DNA of 58,226 bases, taken from a virus. Its lineage: Duplodnaviria > Caudoviricetes. A program made the position numbers and the translations under genes. Position 1 is the first letter of the stretch, and the number at the start of each line of letters is the position of its first letter. This document shows positions 9,820 through 17,673 of the stretch, piece by piece. Where the stretch lies: IMG/VR virus record IMGVR_UViG_3300021364_002910, positions 1-58,226 of that record, one strand, 5' to 3'. Below the pieces are notes generated by a model. That model worked only from the letters and a program-made list of their open reading frames with translations. It did no database searches and was not told the DNA's origin.

Positions 9820-10843
9820 ATTTTCCAATAGGACGAGCACACTTTTGAGATTTAGAACATGTTTGGGTACAGCGGATAAGCCTATCTTTAGCACCAAGTC
9901 CGTGTGTTTTGCTTTGCCAACTGTCAACTAAATCTTCAGAATAAAATCTATTCTCAACTATTTCTTGAAAAGTATAGTGATTTAGACTATTCCAATTTTC
10001 TCCGTAGTTTAAATTGTAACGGTCATAGTGTTCCTTATATTTACTTGCAGTTTGAAAATCAGCATTACGTAAAAAGCAACAAGGCCATACTTTGCTGTCG
10101 TAACTTATAAAATACATTCCTTGTTCTCTAGAAAAACACTCTATTGATTGATTGTTTGTATTTTTCTCTACGTAATTTTTAAATTCTTCCCAGGTCCATT
10201 TTTCCTGTTGAAGATACCATTGAATGTGATCTTCGTAATGGCCTGGAGTAGGCGTTCCTGATCTATCCCTACGATATTTAAATGTTCGGAACCCCATATC
10301 ATTTGCCAGCTGACGTGCTTTTGCAGTGTCTTGTTCATTCCAAGGAAATTCTATATACTGCCATTGTGCATTTGCTTTTGTAGCAATATAAGCTTTTGCA
10401 TTTTCCATTATTTTTTTAAAATTAGATCCTCTCCGGTATAGATGATTAGTATTTTCTAAACCATCTATACTAAATTGCACTTTGCCGTATATAGTTTCAC
10501 CAAGAGTCTTAAAATATTCAGGCGTTCTAAGACTGGCATTTGTATGAACAAATGTTCTTATCTTTTTATCTGCCAGTATTTTTACCATATCTAGGAAATT
10601 TGGATGCACTAAAGGATCATCAACTGATCCACAAAACTGAACCTCTTCAACTTCCTTACTTGCAGGACTTAGTATAAGTTGTTTGAATGTATCTAATGTT
10701 AAATAGATGTTTTTTGGTATTCTTGGGTCACCTTTCATATCAAAACTTAAACCATCAGTTCTACAACATCCTAAACAATTTAGATTGCAATTTGAACTTA
10801 TTTCCATTTGTAATGTTCGTGGGATGCTATAATGTTCGTTCAT
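9800..10843 (-). CDS. Radical SAM enzyme with C-terminal twitch/SPASM-like cysteines
   Basis: CNLNCLGC, CGSVDDP in place of GGEP, HTN, FSIDG; C-terminal EC...WPCC...CTQTC. Confidence 0.88.
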   Translation of the reverse strand: MNEHYSIPRTLQMEISSNCNLNCLGCCRTDGLSFDMKGDPRIPKNIYLTLDTFKQLILSPASKEVEEVQFCGSVDDPLVHPNFLDMVKILADKKIRTFVHTNASLRTPEYFKTLGETIYGKVQFSIDGLENTNHLYRRGSNFKKIMENAKAYIATKANAQWQYIEFPWNEQDTAKARQLANDMGFRTFKYRRDRSGTPTPGHYEDHIQWYLQQEKWTWEEFKNYVEKNTNNQSIECFSREQGMYFISYDSKVWPCCFLRNADFQTASKYKEHYDRYNLNYGENWNSLNHYTFQEIVENRFYSEDLVDSWQSKTHGLGAKDRLIRCTQTCSKSQKCARPIGKFKVEEF

Positions 10844-11907
10844 TTATATTGCTCTCCAAACGGATCAAACTCTATACCACATTTCGTGGCACAAACCTTT
10901 AGCTTGCCGTCAGAACAAGATGGTTTACTCCAGCTTGCTTCAATGTTATCAAATATTCCTGTCTCAAATACTTTTTGTAAACCGTTACGGGCATCTAACG
11001 CCTGCTTATCTGGTATAAAGTCCCATATTTGTTCTACTGTTGGATCCTTGTGCCACCATTTATACATTCTGCCGGCAGTCCAACAGCATGGTAATGCTAA
11101 TCCTTCAGCTGTTATAAACAAACTGTTTTCTTTTTTCACCTTACAGTGAATAGGAACAGAATCGTAATAATTGTCCATACCACCATAGCGACTGAGAAGA
11201 GCGTCCATATTTTCTACGGCTGCATTTCTATACTCCTCTTTTGGTTTTTTAAGTTCTACAGTTTTATCGCCTTTGCGATTTACTGCTTGATGTTTTTCTT
11301 TTGCTTCTACTTTAGCAGTTACAAATCTTGCTGTTTTTTTAGCTACAAATTTTTCCACACCCCAACTCTCAGCCAATACCCGAGCTTCATCTACTTGATG
11401 TTGATTATGCTCAAATATTAAAAAATCCCAGCGAGCTCTACCACCTGCTTCAATAAATGTTCGCATATTCTGCTCAACGTTGTCCCATACTACCCCTTGC
11501 CGATAAAGATGATTAGTATCGTGTAGTCCATCTACTGAAAAAATCACAGCAGCAGGTTTTTTGAGCACTTTAGCAAGTTCTTTCCACCATTCTCTATCTC
11601 TTGCTCCGCCATTTGTGTTCATAGACAACCACATTTTATCATTGTGATTTCTAAAATATTCAAATATTTTTATTGTATCTTGAGCTATAATAGGATCTCC
11701 TAAATTACCACACATATACATTGTATCTAATTGTTTAATAAATTTTGATTCAAATATTTTTTGGCAATCAAATAATGTAATCTCGTCTAAATTTATATGG
11801 GGATTAAGAGCGCCTCCATTTTGATTTCTATCGCACATTGGACATGAGGCATTACATCTTTGAGTAACCTCTAGATGTATAGCCTTAATATCTTCATATT
11901 TGTACAA
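10840..11907 (-). CDS. Radical SAM enzyme with C-terminal twitch/SPASM-like cysteines (paralog of 9800..10843)
   Basis: CNASCPMC, CGNLGDP, NTNG, FSVDG; C-terminal HC...LPCC...CATKC. TTG start after AGGA. Confidence 0.9.
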   Translation of the reverse strand: MYKYEDIKAIHLEVTQRCNASCPMCDRNQNGGALNPHINLDEITLFDCQKIFESKFIKQLDTMYMCGNLGDPIIAQDTIKIFEYFRNHNDKMWLSMNTNGGARDREWWKELAKVLKKPAAVIFSVDGLHDTNHLYRQGVVWDNVEQNMRTFIEAGGRARWDFLIFEHNQHQVDEARVLAESWGVEKFVAKKTARFVTAKVEAKEKHQAVNRKGDKTVELKKPKEEYRNAAVENMDALLSRYGGMDNYYDSVPIHCKVKKENSLFITAEGLALPCCWTAGRMYKWWHKDPTVEQIWDFIPDKQALDARNGLQKVFETGIFDNIEASWSKPSCSDGKLKVCATKCGIEFDPFGEQYK

Positions 11908-11933
11908 GTTTTATCCTAGTTAATTTATAGTGA

Positions 11934-11952
11934 ATTTATACGTGTATAAATA
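11934..11952. promoter_or_regulatory. Inverted repeat ATTTATAC-GT-GTATAAAT forming back-to-back late-promoter-like motifs
   Basis: Perfect 8-bp arms at 11934-11941 and 11944-11951; TATAAATA on + (11945-11952), TATAAATT on - (11933-11940); lies between divergent genes. Confidence 0.6.
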
Positions 11953-11983
11953 CTTATCGCTAATATTTTACAAATAATAGATT

Positions 11984-12304
11984 ATGAATATATACACAAT
12001 TTACGCTGACATTGTTGAGGGTAGTGATCCTAAACAATTTGTAAGCAATATGAAAAATTTTCTAGACGTATTGCCTACATTACAATCCTACCGTATCACA
12101 AGAATGAAATTAGGTTTTAGAAGTATGAACTTGCCAGAGTTTCGTATAGATATGGAATTCAAATCCATGCAAGACTTAGATAATGCTATGACACGTGTCA
12201 TAAACAATGATAATAATATAGAAACACACCACGTTTCTTTCAACAGTATGGTTGACATGGAAACCATACAACATTTTTTATATCGAGATTATCCAGATGA
12301 ATAG
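11984..12304 (+). CDS. Small conserved protein, DUF6614-like (probably dimeric alpha-beta barrel)
   Basis: YRITRMKLGF...PEF.I.MEF..MQDLD.A...HH..FN...LYRDYPD resembles the family as I recall it; not verified. Confidence 0.5.
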   Translation: MNIYTIYADIVEGSDPKQFVSNMKNFLDVLPTLQSYRITRMKLGFRSMNLPEFRIDMEFKSMQDLDNAMTRVINNDNNIETHHVSFNSMVDMETIQHFLYRDYPDE

Positions 12305-13502
12305 AGTTAACAGTTGGGACGAATTTCAACCTTTACAAGAAATCCTTGTAGGAAGCATATACGATAGTAGCTTTTTTGACGATGTTAAAGAAGTAAGAGC
12401 AAGAGATGCTTTAAAACGTATCTTTGACGAAACACAGGAAGATATTGATAACTTTATACATACTATGAAAAGTCATAGCATTACAGTTTATCAAGCAAGC
12501 GCAAAAGAATTAGGCTACAAAGATAGCATTATGGAGTATGTAAATGACAAAGGTGAACTTGGTTATAAACGTAATGCTGGAGAAGATAGAAGTAGACACG
12601 ATTATTCTCTGTACTATAGTGGCATAAAAGGTAATCTTATACCTAATCCTCCTTTACAACCAAGAGACGATGCTATTGTAATGGGCAACAAAATACTTGT
12701 TACAGATCCTTGGACCTTTGCAACAAAAAGTATGTTGCCTAAATTTTACGAGTGGTTTGGTAAAGAAAATGTAGACATTTGCATCCAAGAAAAAGAATAC
12801 ATGTTTACTCGTAGTGATCAAAATATCAAAAATTTATTATTGCGTAGTAATCTGCCTGTTACACTAGAGAATATTGAAAAAGCAAGGGCCGAAGAGAAAT
12901 TAGGATCTTTTTGCAGCCCGAATTTAACGAGAATAGGAACAACTTGCCTCGTTGATACTTGGCAAGTACCCACAGTTGTTGATGACTTTTTAAGTATAGA
13001 ATATCCCAATTTTACCTATAAAGAAATTTTCATTGGTGGTCATAACGATGCAGTATTTAGTGTAATTAAGCCAGGACTTGTTATTGCAACACATGATTTA
13101 GAACCATACAAAGATATTTTCAAAGGTTGGGATATAATTTGGTTCGAAGATCCTAACTGGAGTAAAGTCCGTAACTGGCGTATGTTAAAATATAAAAACG
13201 AAGGAAAATGGTGGGTACCTGGCGAAGAAAATAATGACGAGTTTACACACTTTGTCGAAAGCTTTATACCTAATTGGACAGGTATGGTAGAAGAAACAAT
13301 CTTTGATGTGAACTGTTTGGTAATAGATGATAGACATGTAGTTGTAAACACAGATACTCCGCATCTTTTAAACAGTCTAAAAGAAAAAAATATTGAACCT
13401 ATTGTATGTCCTTTAAGACATAGATTCTTTTGGGACGGCGGATGGCATTGCCTTACACTTGATATTAAAAGGAAAGGTAGTCAAATTGACTATGGAATCT
13501 GA
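12297..13502 (+). CDS. Amidinotransferase (glycine / inosamine-phosphate amidinotransferase family, pentein fold)
   Basis: VNSWDEFQPLQEILVG, PRD, GHND, FDVN, GGWHCLTLD (catalytic Cys). Start moved to ATG 12297, overlapping the upstream stop. Confidence 0.88.
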   Translation: MNRVNSWDEFQPLQEILVGSIYDSSFFDDVKEVRARDALKRIFDETQEDIDNFIHTMKSHSITVYQASAKELGYKDSIMEYVNDKGELGYKRNAGEDRSRHDYSLYYSGIKGNLIPNPPLQPRDDAIVMGNKILVTDPWTFATKSMLPKFYEWFGKENVDICIQEKEYMFTRSDQNIKNLLLRSNLPVTLENIEKARAEEKLGSFCSPNLTRIGTTCLVDTWQVPTVVDDFLSIEYPNFTYKEIFIGGHNDAVFSVIKPGLVIATHDLEPYKDIFKGWDIIWFEDPNWSKVRNWRMLKYKNEGKWWVPGEENNDEFTHFVESFIPNWTGMVEETIFDVNCLVIDDRHVVVNTDTPHLLNSLKEKNIEPIVCPLRHRFFWDGGWHCLTLDIKRKGSQIDYGI

Positions 13503-13992
13503 TATTAGTGAATGGATTATCAACAGGTTAAGTACTAATTTACAAGAATTTAATAATTTACCTGCTTGTCCATTTGCTAAACAAGCATGGCTAGAAGGAA
13601 AAGTTCTCACACAACATTTACAAGCTGGCACATTTAATATTGCAATGAAAGATTATTTTCGTGCAGAATTAGAATATTATGCATATAATTGGCCTAAGAA
13701 AAAAGAGGTTGTTATTCTCGGAACTGAGCCTATAAATATTTCATCAGAGGAGTTAAGCAACATTACAAAAAAATGCAATGAATCATTTTTATTTGAAAGA
13801 AACTTCCTTGCATTAGAAGATCATCCTTTAGAAATTGAAATGGTTGACAACTATATATTGAATCAAGGTAAATGGGCCTTAATCCTTTTACAACCATTAG
13901 AAAAAATTAAAAAAGCAAGACAGATATTAAAAAAAAGAGGATATTACAAAAACTGGGATCTTTCGTATTACAACGATGTAATTAAGGATTGA
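13492..13992 (+). CDS. Hypothetical protein with CPFA motif (DUF1415-like)
   Basis: EWI...PACPFAK...EDHP...LLQPL..I..AR; ATG 13492 overlaps the upstream gene end. Confidence 0.5.
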   Translation: MESDISEWIINRLSTNLQEFNNLPACPFAKQAWLEGKVLTQHLQAGTFNIAMKDYFRAELEYYAYNWPKKKEVVILGTEPINISSEELSNITKKCNESFLFERNFLALEDHPLEIEMVDNYILNQGKWALILLQPLEKIKKARQILKKRGYYKNWDLSYYNDVIKD

Positions 13993-14699
13993 ATTTTTTG
14001 TTCGGCTATCTTACCAATTTCTATATGTACAATTGTAGACCAATGGTCGTTATCTGCGCCAAAGAGCTGGTCTCTACTAAATTTTTTGCGTACAAATTCC
14101 TCTATAGGATCAGCTGCATCTAACCCTATTTGTTTTATTACAGATGGTTTATGTATGTTTGATATAGGTCTTACAAACATTGCTATAAACGGAATACCAA
14201 TGTTTTCAAGATATAGATATGTGTGCTCTATATCATATAAACTCATTTGTTCTATATGATATATATTATATAACCTATAAAAATCTCTTGTTATTTTTGT
14301 GTGACGTCTACCCCATTCTGGGTGTGGAGGCAGAATTTGGTCGCAATTTCCGTTCGGATTATAAATTACTGATCTGTTATAGTAAGTAAATAAAATTGCT
14401 GCAATATCACCGGACTTTGCTGCAAGCTGCGGCGTAGGTTTTCTGTATTTATCTAAAAAATCTTTATACGGAAAGGTTGGATCAATAGCTTTTTTGACTT
14501 GGTTTAGTATTCCATGATTACTACTGCCTGGACATGCATGATTAATTAACTCAAAATTAATAGATTTCGCTAAGTTAGCCGCCCAAGAATGCTTGCTTGG
14601 AATTTTTGTTGGTTGATTTTTTTTACGTGGAACGCAATCTTCCGGTGTTATTCCGTGGCCATATGTATGACTACAGCCAAAAACATGTAATCTACGCAT
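13968..14699 (-). CDS. SGNH/GDSL-like hydrolase or acyltransferase
   Basis: Block I FGCSHTYG, block II NHACPGSSN, block V DNDH. Confidence 0.65.
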   Translation of the reverse strand: MRRLHVFGCSHTYGHGITPEDCVPRKKNQPTKIPSKHSWAANLAKSINFELINHACPGSSNHGILNQVKKAIDPTFPYKDFLDKYRKPTPQLAAKSGDIAAILFTYYNRSVIYNPNGNCDQILPPHPEWGRRHTKITRDFYRLYNIYHIEQMSLYDIEHTYLYLENIGIPFIAMFVRPISNIHKPSVIKQIGLDAADPIEEFVRKKFSRDQLFGADNDHWSTIVHIEIGKIAEQKIQSLITSL

Positions 14700-15141
14700 T
14701 GTAAGGTCCTAATATTTCTAAACCATCAAACTTTTTTTTATATTCATCAGCACCATGAACGTACATATATTTATATCCTTTATGTTTATAATATGCACAT
14801 TCGCTTTTCAATGATAATATACCTAACCCAAGACTAGGTCTTTCATAATCCCATGCAAATTGATCAGCAGTTACACATTTTGAACTTGGATATTCGAGCA
14901 TTAAACTCCAAGCAATTAATTTATTATTTTCGTAATACCCAAAGACTTTTGTATTTTCAGATGCAAAGTCTTCAACCCACAAAGGCAAAACACTTGTAAA
15001 CTTTTTATATGCACAATATTTTGAATATATCTGCATAAGTTCATTGTAATCCCATTGTGATAAAATTTTAAATTTATTTTCTGGTAATACTTGATAATTC
15101 GTTTTATTTAGATTAATTCTTGCGTATTCATACTCCATCAT
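14692..15141 (-). CDS. GNAT-fold protein resembling the C-terminal domain of aminoacyl-tRNA-protein transferases (ATE_C-like)
   Basis: GYY.NNKLIAWS...WDY..PSLGLGILSL..E...YK.KGYKYMYV...YKKKF resembles ATE_C/Bpt C-terminal motifs. Confidence 0.5.
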   Translation of the reverse strand: MMEYEYARINLNKTNYQVLPENKFKILSQWDYNELMQIYSKYCAYKKFTSVLPLWVEDFASENTKVFGYYENNKLIAWSLMLEYPSSKCVTADQFAWDYERPSLGLGILSLKSECAYYKHKGYKYMYVHGADEYKKKFDGLEILGPYNA

Positions 15142-15355
15142 ACACCATTATTATGTCTTTACCAGGACCTGTTTGACTTGGTAGTCCTTTATATATCTCA
15201 ACATACCATTCAATTACAGTACGATACCAATTTTGAGAATTATGATGAGCTTGCTTATTAAATTTATAGATATTATCATTTGTCGCTTGCATTGTTGATA
15301 ATGCCCTAGCTGACTCCTTTTGTAGTTCTCTTAAAGTCAATTTACTTATATCCAA
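15128..15355 (-). CDS. Small hypothetical protein (75 aa)
   Basis: Fills the gap between neighbours with short overlaps at both ends; TTG start. Confidence 0.65.
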   Translation of the reverse strand: MDISKLTLRELQKESARALSTMQATNDNIYKFNKQAHHNSQNWYRTVIEWYVEIYKGLPSQTGPGKDIIMVYDGV

Positions 15356-16046
15356 TTCGCATATACCTATTATATTTTTCTAAAGGAAGTTCTCCTTCAA
15401 ACAATACCTTAGACATTGGGGTTGAATTACCAAAATCAACTAAGGATTTAGAACAATTAATATGATCTTCTATATCAAAATAATTATTTGTTTGCAAAAT
15501 TAACAATGACCCAGCTGGCAAATAATCATACCATAATCTAAAATTGTCTATATGTTCGCAACTTGTGTTTATAATTGTATTCGCAGAATCAGTTATTGGG
15601 TAACTCATTCTATTATTCTTGACACTCCAAAATGTCCAAGAAAAATCTTTATATGTTATATCATGTATGTCATGATGCAATGCTTTAAACTTCCAATCTT
15701 TTGATACATATTTTTTATTTATAGTTTCTGCAATAGGTACACAATCTACATCAATATCAAATGATAATATCCTGTTTATATCAAAATCATCTTCAAATAG
15801 CATACTAGCCAAAATAGCATACCAACCAGCACATAAAAATACAGTTCCTAATTCTTTTATATTACAATTATGTAGTTCTCGCAATAACCATCTTTTACTT
15901 TTTAATTGCCCCCAGGTCAGAGCATCAGTAAAATCTGCATCATAATTATCAACTGCATTTCGTAGACCAGTAAAAAGATATGAATTTGTAAGTAATATCA
16001 TTCTACCATAAATATCTCTATCATCTTGCCATTGTATGTTTTTCAT
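15342..16046 (-). CDS. Class I SAM-dependent methyltransferase-like protein
   Basis: GQLKSKRWL, motif I-like FLCAGWYA, acidic SFDID, IINTSCEH, LQTNN. Confidence 0.6.
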   Translation of the reverse strand: MKNIQWQDDRDIYGRMILLTNSYLFTGLRNAVDNYDADFTDALTWGQLKSKRWLLRELHNCNIKELGTVFLCAGWYAILASMLFEDDFDINRILSFDIDVDCVPIAETINKKYVSKDWKFKALHHDIHDITYKDFSWTFWSVKNNRMSYPITDSANTIINTSCEHIDNFRLWYDYLPAGSLLILQTNNYFDIEDHINCSKSLVDFGNSTPMSKVLFEGELPLEKYNRYMRIGYK

Positions 16047-17673
16047 ATTGTTCTTTTAACCACTCAAAATTATTTATTTTCTTTAATGCTTCTACATCAT
16101 CTTTATTTTTATAACCGTACTCTCTTCCTGCTAAAGCTCCTTCTATAGCGTATTCGCCAAATTCTTTATCAGCTCCTACTGTACACCATATGTCTAATCG
16201 TTCTTCTGTTTCTTTTGATTTTTGTCTATTTATAACTTTAGATGCTAACTTACAACATTCTCTAAAAGCTGATTTCCAAGTATTAAATGGATCTGTATTA
16301 AAAGCTGTAATATTAGAAATGTTCGGCATTGCTTTAAACTTATTTGTTATACTAGTTGTCATATCAGGTTTAGATGTATCCATGTCAATTGTTAATTGCC
16401 TAGGAAACAACTTTATTCCACCATATCCGTACACTAAATCATTAATAGGATTTTTTGACCGCCAAACATGCACTGTTTCTCTATCCCACTTTTCTATATA
16501 TAAATCAAAATTAAAATCATCCATTAATATAGCATCAGCGTCAACAATCCAAACCATTTCAGATTGTGATTGTTTTGCTGCCTGTATATGTGCTTGATGA
16601 ATACCTTTTACACCATGAACACGAGTTGCGTGAGGTGCCTTTTCGATCAATTTCTCATAATGTTCATCTGCATTGGATTCATTGTAACTAATAAAAACAA
16701 CATCATATGGTTTATGTTTACTAGCAATAATATTCCATGATTTTTTATAAACAATATGTCTATATTCGATTTCCTTCTTTGTTAATATTTTATGTTTAGA
16801 AAGTAAAAAAACTCCATTTTCCTTCTGTTCATCGTTGCAAACATTAAGAAATACATGATTTTCTTTTCTATTATATACATCATCATGTGTAAAATATAAA
16901 TTTAATTTTTTATTTTGAATTATCTGCTTACTTGTAGCATAGAATAATTCTGTTTTTGCGTTTTTACAAGCTTGTAGGTATTGTTCATATGAATCTATTT
17001 CAAATGTATCATAATCTGTTGGTCCACTTCCTACAACATTCCATTCTATACGAGATACCAAATGTCTATATTCGATTTCATTTTTTGTTAAGACTTTTCT
17101 CTTACTTAATAAAAAAAGTCCATTATAAAATTCTTTGTCATCAACAATGTGTTTAAAAACATGATTTTCTGATTTTACTATTTCTTTAGTAGTAGTTTTA
17201 TGAAAATTATGTATTAAATCTTGATTCACAGAAATATTAGAACTAGACGCCCAAAACATGGTTGTTTTTGTGTTATTTAACGCATGTAAGTAATCCTCAT
17301 AACTATCAACTTCAAAGTAATCATATTTTTGATTATAACTGGCTAAGATATCTACTTCTTTTCTACTTACTAAAAATCTATATTCTATTTCTTTCTCAGA
17401 AATTTTTTTATTTTTTGGTAATAACCATATTCCATCATAATTTAAACCATTTTTAAACACATGAGATACATCTTGACTCCATTCATCGGGTTTATACGTA
17501 AAATCAAAAGTTTCTTCAATTACAATATCATTCCATACAATCCAATAAAATTTTGTTTTTGCTTTTTTTGCAGCAGAAAAAACATTATCAACCTGTTTTA
17601 AATTAATAAATCTATTTTTCAAATTTTGAAAATTACTTTCAATTTTTTCTCCAACGTAAAAAATATCATACAT
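16021..17673 (-). CDS. GT-A fold glycosyltransferase with three N-terminal degenerate repeats
   Basis: C-terminal domain YDVVFISYNE...GVKGIHQAH...WIVDAD (DxD)...YGYGGIKL...SAFRE. Confidence 0.72.
   Translation of the reverse strand: MYDIFYVGEKIESNFQNLKNRFINLKQVDNVFSAAKKAKTKFYWIVWNDIVIEETFDFTYKPDEWSQDVSHVFKNGLNYDGIWLLPKNKKISEKEIEYRFLVSRKEVDILASYNQKYDYFEVDSYEDYLHALNNTKTTMFWASSSNISVNQDLIHNFHKTTTKEIVKSENHVFKHIVDDKEFYNGLFLLSKRKVLTKNEIEYRHLVSRIEWNVVGSGPTDYDTFEIDSYEQYLQACKNAKTELFYATSKQIIQNKKLNLYFTHDDVYNRKENHVFLNVCNDEQKENGVFLLSKHKILTKKEIEYRHIVYKKSWNIIASKHKPYDVVFISYNESNADEHYEKLIEKAPHATRVHGVKGIHQAHIQAAKQSQSEMVWIVDADAILMDDFNFDLYIEKWDRETVHVWRSKNPINDLVYGYGGIKLFPRQLTIDMDTSKPDMTTSITNKFKAMPNISNITAFNTDPFNTWKSAFRECCKLASKVINRQKSKETEERLDIWCTVGADKEFGEYAIEGALAGREYGYKNKDDVEALKKINNFEWLKEQYEKHTMAR
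16708..17673 (-). repeat. Three ~102-115 aa tandem repeats within the glycosyltransferase gene
   Basis: Each unit reads YD.F...[AT]KT..[FY]...HVF...G..LL.K.K....EIEYR..V.......S (aa 2-116, 117-220, 221-322). Confidence 0.85.
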
